Shown: positions 1-13,479 of the stretch, in pieces | How the letters are laid out: the number at the start of each line of letters is the position of its first letter | Position numbering within the stretch: position 1 is the stretch's first letter | Assembly (NCBI GenBank): GCA_964016885.1 | Contig: OZ024740.1 | Span: 56,854,001-56,918,000 of the forward strand | Length of the DNA: 64,000 bases | Source of the DNA: Eledone cirrhosa | Taxonomy: Eukaryota | Reading direction: 5' to 3' | Program-made: the position numbers and the translations under genes | The notes under the pieces: generated by a model | What the model was told of the DNA's origin: nothing | The model's input: only the letters and a program-made list of their open reading frames with translations | The model's database searches: none

Positions 1-431
1 ATATACTTCGAAAACTACACTCAAAGTACAATATGGCGTTCTATGAAACTATATTTGACCTTTTAATTCGTTTCATGTTTTTATTCATATAACATTTCTA
101 TATTTATCTGTTTATCTATTTGCACATCTTCCTTCTGTCGCTGTTATGCAATGAAGCTTACGATCTAATAATTATATCAAGATCTATTGGATGACAGAAT
201 TGGTAGACTGGCGAGGAAAGCATGCATTTGGTATCTAATTACAATCGGGTGCCCCAATAAGTGACCTTGTGCTGTAGTTAGATATCCATATGTTTGTCAT
301 TTGAACAGTTTAGCTAGTGGATCATTACAAAATAGTTCAGGCAAATAATATAGGTTTTTTAAAATTATTATTATAACATTTTAACATTTTTAATTAATAA
401 ATAGAACTAAAATAATATCTCAGAATACAAC

Positions 432-645
432 CTTACTTCTTTTTGGATCCCATCTTGGTCTTGCAAAGGAACCACATTTATGGCAGACTCTTTTTTCACA
501 ATCGCAACAAACACGTCCAATTCCGTCAGGGAACTTCACACGGAAACACAGTTGGCACAGACGAAGATCTACATAACCAGTTGATTTCTGGGTAGCAAAC
601 TCAGTTGATAAGGTATCGTATTTTTCAAGCGCTACTTTGATGTTC
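432..645 (-). CDS. Exon of RIM/Piccolo/rabphilin-type Rab-effector gene encoding the FYVE-like zinc finger
   Basis: Translation RNIKVALEKY...LCQLCFRVKFPDGIGRVCCDCEKRVCHKCGS resembles the RIM Zn finger (CxxC..KF.DG.G..CxxC...CxxC). Acceptor ttgcag precedes 645. Donor is either AAG|gttgta (432) or A|gtaagg (437). The phase-2 join with the 12630-12862 exon is in frame. Confidence 0.88.
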
Positions 646-844
646 CTGCAAAGATACATTGAGTTAGAATTTCACTTGCACTTATAAACTAAATGGGTGA
701 AGAAAAAGTACTGTTTCACACGCAAAAATAATTATATTAGTCAAATCCTTTATAGAAGAGGAACATGTTCATTTAACATAACAAATAGTATTTTAATAAA
801 ACTAATATAAAATATATTGTTACTTTCGTAAATGACAAATGAAC

Positions 845-985
845 GCAATGGCTTAGTGGTTAAAGCATTGGGCTTGCAATCGCAGGGTTGTGAGTTCAAT
901 TCTCGGACCGGGTGGTGTGTTGTTTCCTTGAGCACTACACTTTATTTCACGATGCTCCAGTTTACTCAGCTGTAGAAATGAGATG
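845..985 (+). mobile_element. tRNA-derived SINE (family B; relatives at about 47452-47572 + and 24875-24950 -)
   Basis: A-box tggcttagtggtt, B-box gagttcaatt, then ccttgagca...cactttatttcacg shared with the 47452 copy. Confidence 0.75.
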
Positions 986-1508
986 ATAGGACTGGGGTCC
1001 CTATCATTAAATTACCCAAGACACCTCCAACGAGATATACCTTGTACGAGGCCAACTAAACCTGCATAGGTGTGAGCTGTCACACACACAGTTGGTTATT
1101 GGTCAACCTTGTCTTTCATGTTTCCAAGGTCGAAAAAATAAAGTATCAATTAAGTATGAGGTGGATATAATCGACTTGCCCCCAAATTAGAAATTCTTAT
1201 TATTATAGCTGCCTGAAAAATACGCTCATTTTAGGAGGACATGAGTTTCTAAAAGTATATCAGATTAGCTTCTAAATTGGATTTTATTCTGAGTCGTGTT
1301 TGTGTAGATCCATAAAGTTGGGAATATTTTTAATTTTTTTGTACAGTTTTTGGAAACAAAAAACCACTATATTTTGATAATTTTGCCGCCAGACAATTTC
1401 TCAAAACATATTTGTAAATGTACCATCCACTAACATAATGGTAGAAGTATGTATCCATAAAGGCGAGAGTAACGGTTACGCTAAGAAAAACATTCTACAT
1501 ATAAATGT

Positions 1509-1584
<76 letters not shown>

Positions 1585-1619
1585 ATAGAGAAATTAATGT
1601 GAGCAACAATATATATATA

Positions 1620-2267
1620 TTATAAAGAATTAATATCTAGTAACATATATATACATACAGATGCATATCAATGCTAGCAAATATATAGGTTTTGTCTTAG
1701 TAACTTTGTGGTTCAATGCATGGGGTTGCAGAACAATAATATGAGAGACGTAAAATAAGAAAATTATAAAATTAATTTACTTACTAAAATATCACTTCCA
1801 ACTAATTAGTTTCTGGAATAGAGTAAATATATTTTCCGAAGAAGACACAGAGAAACATTCCGTCGTCAGGGAAGACTATTCTCATCTAAGTATCCAGGCA
1901 AAGCGTGGACTCTGGAAACTTATTAAAAAATAATTCAGTGGATAGGAAATAGCAAAGCGTGGACTGAATTCCTAGCCATTGAGAAAATCACTGCCTCTGC
2001 GTCTGTGGCAAATTCAAAAAGAATCAATCACGTGACATCGAGGTCAATCATTGGAAAGTGGTTTGCTAATAAGACAGCGGCCTGCCTGCTACCATAGCAG
2101 CAGTCATGGCCAATATTGCTCGACAAATAATTTGGAGATAATTATAAAGAATTAATATCTAGTAACATATATATACATACAGATGCATATCAATGCTAGC
2201 AAATATATAGGTTTTGTCTTAGTAACTTTGTGGTTCAATGCATGGGGTTGCAGAACAATAATATGAG
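1620..2267 (-). mobile_element. Penelope-like pseudo-LTR remnant with a 126-bp direct repeat and a hammerhead motif
   Basis: 1620-1746 is repeated at 2142-2267; adjacent to a (TA)n tract; hammerhead motif inside. Confidence 0.55.
1795..1874 (-). ncRNA. Type I hammerhead ribozyme motif
   Basis: Minus strand: cttcc-CTGACGA-c-ggaat[insert]attcc-a-GAA-ACTAATTAGT-T-ggaag. Stem I cttcc/ggaag, stem II ggaat/attcc, palindromic stem III, GUU site. Confidence 0.75.
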
Positions 2268-2586
2268 GCACATTTTCAGAAACATACAAGTTCTGATAAC
2301 AGCTTTGCTAGAATGCTAACCATAAAAAATGCTCCGCATAGGTTCGCTCCAGGAACAAATTGAGAGTTATGTTACGAAAATCAATGTCTTGTTACCAATG
2401 GAATAATCGAGAAAAGGGATAAGCGGAAAATAGCAATCTTCTAAGTTGGCAAATGAGAATGGAGGTTTTATATGCCTATGAAGGAACATTTGTAAAGAGC
2501 TTTGAGCGATCTGTATAAAGATGCTGTCTTAATTGACCTGGGTAGGATATATGAAAGCGTATGTCACAATGTATTTCAGGACTAAA

Positions 2587-3710
2587 TCAAAGGGCTGCAA
2601 CAATCCCATAAACGCAAACAACAACAACAAATACAAGAACAAAACAATACACATAAATTCGTGCTAGAAAAAAGGACCAACAAGAATTTGATAGCCATGA
2701 TAGCACGAAGGCAAGAAATAGAAAACTAGGAGGAAATATTAGGCACCAGCACATTTCGGAGGATCTCATAATGGGATGTATGTCACTTGGTGCGTTCAAA
2801 CGTATTGGGGAGATTTTACTCGGGACGTGGGAACCCCGAATGTAAAACCCACATCAAGACTCTTAAAGGAAACCCCACCAATCATGGACCTCGAACCACC
2901 CGAACTCCACAAGCCCCGGGAGATAAATAAACCTTTTCTCACTCTTTTAGCCTGACAACATGGCTATTTTAAGAGTAGAATGTTCGTGACCTAGGATCGT
3001 CCTGGAAGGAGGGTCACTTGCTGAACGTCCTCAGGTCACTAGATATGGATGGGACTGCCGTGAGCGAGACCAGAATTTCAGACACGCACGCACTAGCCCC
3101 CATTTTCGACAACTATCAGATCTCCGCATCTCTTAGTCGACCGGGATTGGGACGTGCGGTGGCAGTGCTGCTTAGGAAATGCCTAGATCTGGAACCGGAA
3201 GGTAATTTGGTGGTCCAGGACGTGGATAATAGCGAAGGTGGGGCCATTTAGAATGGTGTCCGTCTCCGCCACAACCGGGGCCGGACAGCAAGATTTCTTT
3301 AGACACCCGGAAAGCTTCCTGGGAACATCCGATTATCGACCGAGTCCATAGTGAAGATCGCCCCACCACCTTTTGGCTGGGAAAGGCAAGCAGTTTTCCT
3401 GCATGGTGGCCGTAGCAAAAGAGGTTGTGTGGTGGACAAGGTTGAAAGGACTGACGACAACAGTTTTCTCTTCGAAGAAAGCCTCATCAACTTTTTCATG
3501 TTTCACTTCGAAAGGAAGGTGAGGTCAGAGAGAGAAGTGCCCCCCTCCCCCCAGTACATTTCTTAAAAAGTGAGTGAATGGGAAGAAAATCTCCTGTCTG
3601 AATGGGCGCCCTTCCTGGGTTCTCTCGAAGCGTCGGGTGGTTCAGGATTGGTGGAGCTCCTGAGTCGTTTATTGTTTATTGTTTACTCGATTTTTCTGTA
3701 GCCCCACTAA
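2587..3710 (+). mobile_element. Internally deleted, degenerate copy of the Tx1 LINE
   Basis: 2780-3320 resembles 5890-6480 (ORF1 end, endonuclease start) and joins directly to sequence resembling 9195-9720 (C-terminus and 3'UTR). Confidence 0.85.
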
Positions 3711-4079
3711 CTCTACAGCATAGAGTTACGGCTCTTTATGATCTGAGCTCAAATCCCGCCGAGGTTAACTTTGCCTTTCATCCTTATGGGGTCGATAAAA
3801 TAAAGTACCAGTCACGCACTGGGGTCGATTTAATCGACTTTCCCCTACCCCCAAATTACTGGCCTTGTGCCTATATAAGAAACCATTATTATTATTGGTC
3901 TAACCGGACGTATTTTGCTCGCTCACAGTAAGTCGCTTTATTTGCCTGTTTAAATTATTTGTTGTTAAATATTTCTTGTTGTGTAAGGGATATAAGCCCT
4001 TAGACTTTGCCCCGTGAAGGGGAAAGTATAATATTTGAACTTTTTTTTACATGTTAAAAAATTTACGAAGAAAAAAGAC

Positions 4080-6056
4080 ATGGCTGAGCCACGCCCCCCA
4101 GCGATATGTCGGCTGTCGTGCGACAACGACGTAGAAGTTGAGAGGAGCGCTACAGCGAAATTAACACACATTGATAACACAAACACCACCACAAACAAGG
4201 TAAACAAAGACACCAATGATACCAATAAGAACTCTAATTTTGAAAAAAATGACAGTAACAGCGACAACGAAAATACAGATAACAAAAAAAAATAACAAAT
4301 ACAACAACAATATCAACACCACTAACATGAAAACAAATAGCGACAACACCAACAGCAACAATACCAACTGCACCGAGAACAACGGTGGCAACAAGGACAA
4401 CAATGATAACAACGACAGTGCTAACAACAACACCAACAAGAACAACGTCAACAACACCCCCAACGAAAACAAGACCACTTTCGCTGCGGCAGCAGCAAAA
4501 AAGAGGCCATGCTTCAACATGGACCTCTCAAACAAAGATGAAAAGTTGGCCCAGGCATGGAAGCTCATCAAGCAAGAGCAAATTTGGGCCAACTTAACTC
4601 TCCCGGTAGAAGCTATTGAGGCAGTGGAGCGCAAAACGGTGCATTATAGATGCCTCTCAGCACACACCAAAAGGGCAGCTTTAATCCCACAAGAAGATGT
4701 CGAAGTCGCGCTGAGGTGCATCAGAGAAGACACCCAGTACATAGAGAGGGGCAGACAGTACAGCACCATTTCGGTGTTGTTCAAGTCAGAAGCCCTCGCT
4801 ATGAAACACGCTATAACTCCTTGCAAAACCAGCAAGGTCATAATGTACCCCACCCACATGGGAAAAAGAACGGCCCGTTGCCGCATTCCCAGAATCCCAC
4901 CAGGACTTGACATGTGGTGGCTTCTGGGATGTGTGATTGTGGAGGGGACGGATACAGTCCCTATAGAAGTGACCAGAACGGCCAGAGAGGACTGGTCTGG
5001 GGTTGACCTGGAGATCCTTCTCCAGATCGGCCTGAGAATGTGAAGACAATCCCAGACCACATCCGCCTTCAGAATGGGACTGTCATTCACATTATGACCG
5101 AAGGCAAAAGGCCGCAGTGTTTTGTTTGTGGGGAAAAAACCCATTTGCGAGCCTTCTGCCCTCAACTGCTGAAAGAGGCAAGGGTTCGAAAGGCTCCACT
5201 GCTGCCGACGCCGGGGCGAGGACCACAACCAACACCTGCACCGGCAAAACCACCAACAACAACACCAATAGAAAGACCACCACCAACATTGACCACCCAG
5301 GGGGGAAACGAGGAAAGCTGTCAAATCCCCCCCCCCCCCAAAAAAAAATACACACACCAATAAAACCTTAAACATACATACAAACCACTTACAGACACAG
5401 GCCCCTCATCTACCAGTAGTGAAATTGAGGAAAATCCAAAATACCCCAAAATACAAAAAAGGAAACACAAAAAGAAAAAAAAAACTCAAGAAAGCACAAA
5501 AGCACCCACAATAAAAAACGCAGACACCACCCACGCAAACATCTCTCCAATAACACCAACATCAACACCACCATCATCATCACCAGAATCCCCCAAACGC
5601 AAACAACCGAAACAGACGCAAGAACAAATATACACACAAACATCTGAAACCACAGACACCGCACTCACAACAAACACATACACAACTGAAACAACACCAC
5701 CAAAAACATCACCACCACAGCCACGCAAACAAATAAAATCACACCAACAAAACATACAAAACTTCGTGCTCGTCAGGAGGGCCAACAAGGAACTGATGGC
5801 CCTCGTAGCACGAAGTGAAAATATACAAAAAGAGGGGGAAATTTTTAGATCGAGCACATTTCGCGTGCCGGAAGATTTGGTTCTGGTGCGAATGTCGCTC
5901 GACATATTCAAAGAAATACGAGACAACTTTCCTCGGGACGTGGGAACCCCGAACGTAAAACCCACTTCAAGACTTTTAAAGGGGTTCCCAAAAGAAATCC
6001 CACTCACTATGGAGGTCGAACAACCCGACCTTCACAAGAGCCCGGAAGGTAAGTAA
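4080..6056 (+). pseudogene. Tx1 ORF1 (gag-like), frameshifted
   Basis: Consecutive ORF pieces 4035-4295, 4216-5043, 5040-5363 and 5766-6056; TFAAAA motif; zinc knuckle CFVCGEKTHLRAFC; N/T-rich linkers. Confidence 0.85.
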
Positions 6057-6087
6057 ACCTTCCTCTCTCTCTGTTTAACCTGTCAAC

Positions 6088-9000
6088 ATGGCCGTATTAA
6101 GAGTAGGATGTTTAAATGTTCGAGGCCTGGGATCGTCCTGGAAGCAGGGTCACCAGCTCAACGACCTCAGGTCTATAGAAATGGATGTAATTGCAGTCAG
6201 CGAGACCAGGATTTGCTACACGCGCGCACTAGCCCCCATATTCGACGACTATCAGATCTCTGCATCTGTTAGCCGGCCGCGAATGGGAGGCGGGGTGGCA
6301 GTGCTGTTTAGGAAAAGCCTGGATCTCGAGGTAAGGTCGATCTTCCGGGACCCGGACGGGAAGTTGGTGGTCCTGGACGTGAACAATAATGAAGGTGGTG
6401 CCTTTAGACTGGTGGCCGTCTATGCTCCTACTGGGGCAGGACGGCCGGACTTCTTTAGACACCTGGAAGCCTTTCTGGGTCGTCTCGCCCTTTACTGTTA
6501 GCGGGGAACTGGAACGACATCTTAGACGCACGCTGGGACTGTGTGGGAGTATCCGATAGGGGCAGGGGGTGCAAAAGCCTCAAGATCCTGATCAGCCAGT
6601 TCCAACTGTCTGACAGGTACCGACTAGATTTCCCTAATGCGCCAGTGTGGACCTGGGCTAACTGCATAGGGTCATCTAGATCGTATATAGACAGGATATT
6701 CATTAGGAAAATAGACAGAAATAGTGTAAGCTGTCCACGTTTTGAAACGGTCGCCTATTCAGATCACAAGTTTGTGATCTGTATGGTCGACCTAGATAAG
6801 ACGCGTAGGTTAGGACCTGGTTACTGGAAGCTAAACATGTCATTTCCGGCACGTAAGGCTTACAGGGACCAGGTCAACAATTTAGTTAAGAAAAAGTTGA
6901 CAGGGGGGGTCGTCAACAATAGATGGTGGGGTGGGGGGGCTCTCAAAAGAGAGATTAGAGTAATGCCGATAGAGTTTAGCAAAGAAGTAGCATTAGAGAA
7001 AAATAGAAAGGAGGGAGAGTTGGTAGATAAGTTAGACGAGGCTATTGGTAGTGGCATTGCAACTCATGTGCTAGCGGCGAGAATGGCATTAGACTATTTC
7101 TTCAATGCGAAATACGAAGGTTGCATTTTCAGAGCTAAGGCGCGTGCTCTGAGAAACGAGGGAACCAAAGCTGTTCGATGGGCCCGCGTGGCAGAGGCGG
7201 AGCGTGGTAATAAAACCACGATTCGGTCTTTGACGGACCGAGACGGGCTCGAGCTGAGCGATTCCAAGAGGATGTGTGAGGCCTTTCGCCAATATTTTGC
7301 TCGGTTGTTCGGGGGAAGTGGCGGGTCAGAGATGGTGGCGGACTTCAGTCCCTACCTTGATGGCTTGCCGCAACTCTCGACGGCTGACGCTGGGCGCTGC
7401 GAAAGGCCAATTACTTCAGCCGAGATTCAGGATGCCCTTGTAGGCTGAATGAGGCGCAAGTCACCCGGTTTGGATGGTCTGCCCTACGAGCTTTACGTAA
7501 ATATGCCAGACTTGTTCTCCAATCTCCTCGAAGCCCTCTACTGCAACTGGCAGCAAAACGGGAGTATTCTCAGTTCTGTGAGCCGGGGCGTAGTGACACT
7601 AATAAGGAAAGACGAGAACAAGAGGGACACATTAGACAATTTTAGGCCCATAACTCTGCTCAACACAGAGTTTAAGATTTTGGCCAGGGTGTTAGCGAAG
7701 AGGTTGGCGCTTGTCGTCGGGGATTTGGTTGGGGAGGCGCAAACTTGCGCAATCCCAACCAGGTCCATACACGACAACCTCCACCTAATGCGATATATCA
7801 TAGAGAGGGTAGGGTGTAAACCTGGCTTCGGTGGGGCTCTGATCAATTTAGATCAATCGAAAGCATTCGATAGGGTCGACCATCGGTACCTGGAGGCTGT
7901 CCTCAAGGCGGCTGGCTTCGGCCTCGTCTTCAGAAGCTGGATCGCTGCAATGCACAGCGGCACCTGCTCGATGGTCAAAATTAATGGCCACCTCTCGGAA
8001 CCGTTTCAGGTGTCCCGATCGGTCCGTCAAGGGTGCCCTCTCTCCTCCCTTCTGTACGTATTGACTCTCGAGCCTTTCTTGCGGAAGCTGGAGCTGTTGC
8101 AGGGCATCCCGCTCGAACCGGGACGCTGAAAGGCTGTGTCGGCTTATGCGGACGACATCACCGTGATGGTGTCGGACACCTCAGAAATCGAGGTGGTCGG
8201 CAACTTATTGGAGGAATATGAAAGGTTGACGGGAGCAAAACTTAACCCGGAAAAGTCAGTAGGCTTGAAACTCGGCACCTGTAGAGGCAAGTCCATGCCG
8301 TCCAACAGCGTCGTTAGGCGCTGGACGGACGGACCGGTAAAGTTGCTAGGGGTTTGGTTCGGCCAAGACCTCCAGGTGGATAAAAATTGGGACGAGGTGA
8401 CGGGCAGGGTAGTCAGTCTCACCCAGAAATGGGCTGGGATGAAGCTATCACTGAAAGGTCGGGCGGAGGTGGCGAACGCGTACATCGCGTCCGTCATCTA
8501 CTACCGTCTGACTGTCGTCCCTTGCCCCCGTTCGCGCCTCGCTATCTTGGAGCGGCTCCTCTTCAAATTCTTGTGGAGGGGTCAGGTTCCGCTGGTGAGG
8601 TGGTCCATCTGCTGCCAGCACCCTCTACGTGGAGGGCTGGGCATGCCGTGGCTAATGATGCGCAGGCACGCGCTGAGGCTGCGGCATCTCCAGATATTCT
8701 GCCTAAACGGTGAACAGGTGTGGTCGCCGTTTGTCAGCTCGTTTCTTTGACTGAGTTGCAGTCCTGGGTCAAGAAGAGACCGAGACTGGGTGACTGGCAT
8801 CTGGAATGTTGCCAGGCACTCACTGCCCTCTACCAGGCGGGCAATGCGGTCAGTGGAACTTCCACTCTCCAGTTCTATGGAGGATTAGTGGTGGGCAAAT
8901 GCGACGACGCACTCGGAGAGGCTCTGGGAGTCAACGAAGTCGAACTAACCAGTCTGTACCGGAGGACTTTCGAGCCGGGGACGATGGATAATTTCCCAAA

Positions 9001-9510
9001 ATCCCTCGCTTGGCAGTGCTACCGGGGGGCACTACCGGTTCGAGATAAACTCTACAGGCACGGAAGTGCTGTCAGACGGACCTGCCCGAGATGCGCGCAG
9101 AGCGATGAAACCGTTCTGCACGCACTCGTCCAGTGTCCGTGTATTACTGACTTGTGGAGTTATGTTGAACAGCTGTTGTCGCGTGTAGAACGGATCCGGC
9201 TATCGGCCGAGTCCATAGTGAAGATTGACCCGCCGCCTTCTTTTGGCCAGGAAGGGCAGGCAATTTTCCTCTGCCTGGTGGCAGTAGCGAAAGAGGTGGT
9301 ATGGTGGACGAGGTTGAAAGGACTGAAGACAGACACTTTTCTCTTCGGCCAATCCCTCATCAACTTTTTCAAGTTTCACTTGGAAAGGAAGGTGAGGGTG
9401 GAGAGAGAAGTGCTGCCCCCCCCCCCCCCCCCAGTACATTTGCTGAAAGGTGGGTGAATGTGGCGAAAATGGCCCGTGTGAGTGGGCCTACTCTGGTCAT
9501 GCGGCTGTAG
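6088..9510 (+). pseudogene. Tx1 ORF2 (endonuclease-RT-zinc domain), disrupted by stops and frameshifts
   Basis: Motifs LNVRGL, SET, VYAP, GNWN, YIDR, SDH, GYWKLN, KSPGLDG, FRPITLLN, DQSKAFDRVDH, VRQGCPLS, AYADD, CPRC...ETVLHALVQC. In-frame stops near 7446 and 8127. Confidence 0.95.
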
Positions 9511-9989
9511 GTAGGTAAATTTGAAGAGGAGAGGGGTGCCCTTCCAGGGTTCTCTCGAAGCGTCGGGTCGTTCAGGACTGGTCGGGTACCTGAGCGAACC
9601 CTAGGTGGTCATCCCCCCTATTGGGGAATGTTTTCTTGTTGTAATTTTCTTGTTACTTTATTGTTACTTTGTTATTGTTACTTTGTTTATTCATATTGTT
9701 TACTCGATTTTTCTGTAAAACCCCACTGTCCCAGTCTTTTGTATTGTCCCCTATATGTCGGCCCTTGTGGCCAATAAATGAAATCATTATTATCATTATT
9801 AATGCAGTGATGTGGTAGAATCGTTAGAGCAACCAACAGTATTTAGTTACGTCATTTTACTTCCTGAGTTCAAATCCTTTCGTTGTCATCTCTCTGTGTA
9901 GAATAAATAACACTCACTTGAATGTTAACCCTTTTGGTTATGTTAGAAATAACTCTGCAATAGCAATTGGATGCATTACAGTGTTCAAT

Positions 9990-10390
9990 TTTTTCCACTG
10001 TTTGTATTTGAATCCTGCGCAATCGACAACAAAGAGCCAATAACCATCTTCCCGTTCCGCGGTGGCAAACCCCTCGTCTGGGATGCCATTTGCAGCCACA
10101 CTTTCTCCAGTCGCAACCTGGTGCAGTCTGCGACTAACCCAGGTTTTGCTGCTCGTCGGGCTGCGAAGCACCGGTCGCTCTCCGACAGGTTTGCGGTCTT
10201 GCCCTTGGCAGTGGAGACTTCTGGTGTCCTTGGCCCTAGGACTACCTCCCTACTCACCGCCATAGGCGCTGAGCTGGCCAGCCGCAGGTGTGAGACTCGC
10301 GAGATCGAATGGCTCTTCCAGCGCATCTCCTTACCCTCCTCCGGGAAAACGCTTTCTTCATTCTGTCCGCCGGGGCTGTGGGGAGGTCAG
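9990..10390 (+). mobile_element. 3' fragment of a CRE-like (RLE endonuclease) non-LTR retrotransposon
   Basis: TIFPFRGGKPLVWDA...F.PLAVETSGVLG; homologous to 62690-63055. Confidence 0.8.
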
Positions 10391-12629
10391 TACGTTGCTC
10401 AGCATTCAGAAAGATGGCGGGGGGCGAAAGAGATGGAGGCGATGAGAGTGAGAGTTCGGCTCTTCCACGTTCGGACCATATCCTTGTGATTGTGTTCATT
10501 ATATATAGAGTTCAATCTTTCTCTTGTCGTATAATTGATATAACGTCAACCACTAATAATAGGACGATACTACAACAATGACATTAAATCAGTTATATCT
10601 TGATTTGGTTTTACTTTTGAAAATTATTTGAATTTGAGATTATAATAACATTAGCTACATTTTCCCAGATGAAGAAATATTCAATTTGATCTATTATTCA
10701 CAAAGAACGATTGGTATTCCTTCAAATATCTTAATAGGTTTCCTATGGACAATGATTGTTTTCGTATATATTTTTAAAATTATATACCATCTCAAAATTT
10801 GATTTTAGTATTCAATTTCGTTTATTATATATTTGTTTTAGAAATCAATGTTTTTAAATAAACTGAAATTCAATATTCATGAATATTATTATATAATATA
10901 TAACTAAAATGTAGTTTATTTCAACTAGAAAGTTGTTCTGAGTTCCAACAGTAAAACCCCCTGAGATAAAGAAATAGAAGTAAAACCAGATGTGTTTCTC
11001 AATACTAGAACCATGCACTGATGTACAGAATTACCAAAGGCCATGTTCAGTTGACATTAACGCCTACAGATATATTGATTGAAATGTTCTTTGAAGACTA
11101 AAGGTAGACGTGAAAAAGAAAGTTGTGTGCTTTCAAAATTCTTTATTGAGCATGATATCTTACATTTCGATCATGATTAAAATGCTTTCGTATTCTTTAA
11201 CTCTGTAGTTCAGTTTATATATAATTCCAGTTTTTATCATAATGATAGAAACGTTGGTGTTTATATGGAAAATCTTGATTTCCCTTAATGCTATATTTTT
11301 TCATCAAATATGCTGTTCAATTAAAGAAATTAAAAAAGATTATACTAATTATATTGTCACTTTATTATAAAAGTAAAATTTAGGGGTGTTAGGTTCTTGT
11401 GAGGAAAGGAAATACATAGTCTTTGAAGTTGGACCCTTCAGCAGAAACAGATATTTTTTTCTTTTCACTATACAACATCCCACAGCTCCTTTTCATTAGT
11501 TTAGCCTGGAGGAAGAGGTTGTTGTCAGCGCCTTCACAGGACCTTTAAATCATATGAGATTAAGGCAGTTCAACGACAGAATACAAACCATGAGGCAGGA
11601 AATAAAAGAGGTCTCTTTTATAGTAGAAGGCATTTGCTCAAAGAATTGTGCACAAAGATGGGACACGAACCCATACAGCTATGCCTCTCCTACTCAATGC
11701 CGTAAAACATTAGTTTCTGCTGAATCGCTGATCAGATCTATTTCTTAAATGAACAATCGCTTATATTAATTGATAAAAGGGGATGACTGTAAAGACCAGC
11801 ATTAGTTAATTATCGAACTAACGCCAATACGCACAGCCAATATATTGAATCGATTGAATCTGCTATATTTTATCCTAAAGTATAGATAAGTTTGTTCTTG
11901 GTGAACATAAATTGAATATAAACAGACGGATTGACAAATGTATTTTCTATCCTAGATCAGCTGGAATTTTAATTTTCTTCCTGGAGCTTTGAGAACATAT
12001 TTTTTCTCATTTTCACAATCGATTTTTCTTGATATTGCACCGAAAATTATGAAACGAAGTGTTAAGAAACTGTTGTGTAACAGAGCGGAATTTCGTTGTA
12101 ATCAACGATGTACTGAAATACATGCTTTATTTAATCCTGTTTGGTAAGTCTTGTCGGAGTTACTGTTCGTCACTATTATTTATTTGTTGTACTCAATAAG
12201 TATTTTATTCTTTTTAAGGGGACAAACACAGAATAAGAGATATTGTACATTCACCAATAAGCAATATGCATTGACCATTTATTCTCGTCAGTAAGTAAGC
12301 ATCAAGATGAACATTAACTGTGCTGATCTAACCTGTCTTATACCAAGAAAATATATAGTTTTTGAAGCTACACTCTGTCACTTCATTCAAACCAAACAAC
12401 TTAAAATAATATATATATAAAACATTTAGGATTGCATCCGGCTGGATCTTCATTTCCTAGGGAATTGTATGCCCTTCGCAAAATTCTTCCAAGTCATTAA
12501 GGCTCTGTTGCTATATTTATGTAATTTAAGAGTACTTTCAGTATGAAAAGTTGATATATTGTCAAATGAAGTATTTTCAATTATTTCAGAGGAATAAGAG
12601 ATCAAAATATCAAAATAAAGATACGTCAC

Positions 12630-12862
12630 CTAATTCTATCTTTAGTTTCCACTTCAAACTGTTCTTGGCGCCGAAAGACATCTGTAAGTATCTGGATTTC
12701 TTCATTAGTAAGACCCGTAAGATCTGGTAATTGTGGGCCTTGTGCAGCCGCAGAAGCATCACCACTGCTTTCCGTAAGTAATTTTGATTCTGCTTGTGCA
12801 GCTGACTTGTTAGAATATTCTTCCGATTGAGAATTGTCTTTTCCTTTCGCAAAGCCAAAAAC
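12630..12862 (-). CDS. Exon of the same gene encoding the N-terminal Rab-binding helix
   Basis: Acceptor aattgtag, donor AG|gtgacg; 233 nt = 77 codons + 2. Reads VFGFAKGKDNSQ...QLPDLTGLTNEEIQILTDVFRRQEQFEVETKDRI(R), matching the RIM/rabphilin motif PDLSHLTEEERxIIxxVxxRQ. This frame is not in the supplied ORF track. Confidence 0.88.
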
Positions 12863-13479
12863 CTACAATTGAATATATTAGATCGTATTTTTTAAAAACA
12901 ATTTAATATACATTTTTTTTTTTACAAAAATTGATTCAAATGGATATTGGGGAAAAAAAAACAGAAAACGTTTTGAAGAGCTTTCACATAGATATATATA
13001 TACAATTTTAATGAGCTTTCTATGATTTTTACTGCCATATTTTATTCATGAAGTCTTTATCGGCCCAAGAAAGAGGCAATTTCGATATAAATATGGGCGT
13101 TATATTCATGGAATTTCAATACACTTTGAGAGCTACAAAGCTACGCGAAACACAGTATAAAACTAGTAGCTACCACTAAAGATTTAGATTCAAAGACTGA
13201 TTTGAAATAGGAGGGTTTGATAGGTTCTTTGTAGTGTAGTTAGTAACATGATCACCCGGTAAACAATAATTATTTCTCGTCATTCATATTTTAGTAATAT
13301 GAACTAGATTTGCTCGTACGTTATATAATCATAAATACCACCATAGGTAACTTTCCAAGTACTTTATGACAGCGGTTTATGAAACATCTGGGTAAAGCTG
13401 ATATAGAGTTATATCAGCTTTTTCTTCTCTTTGTCTTCTGCTGCGCCCACTTTTTTCTAAAAGAGTTGGGGGCCACAAA

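Larger units (their letters stand above)
3897..9790 (+). mobile_element. Near full-length Tx1/L1-clade non-LTR retrotransposon, antisense within the host intron
   Basis: ORF1 with a CCHC knuckle; ORF2 with APE endonuclease, RT and C-terminal zinc domain; 3' end AATAAA-TGAAATC-(ATT)n. Confidence 0.95.

Noticed and set aside
4161-6007. Long minus-strand ORFs over Tx1 ORF1
   Set aside because: Antisense shadows of A/C-rich low-complexity coding sequence.
12610-12858. 82-aa ORF MALRKEK... in the ORF track
   Set aside because: Wrong frame; the alternative frame gives the Rab-binding motif and correct splice phases.
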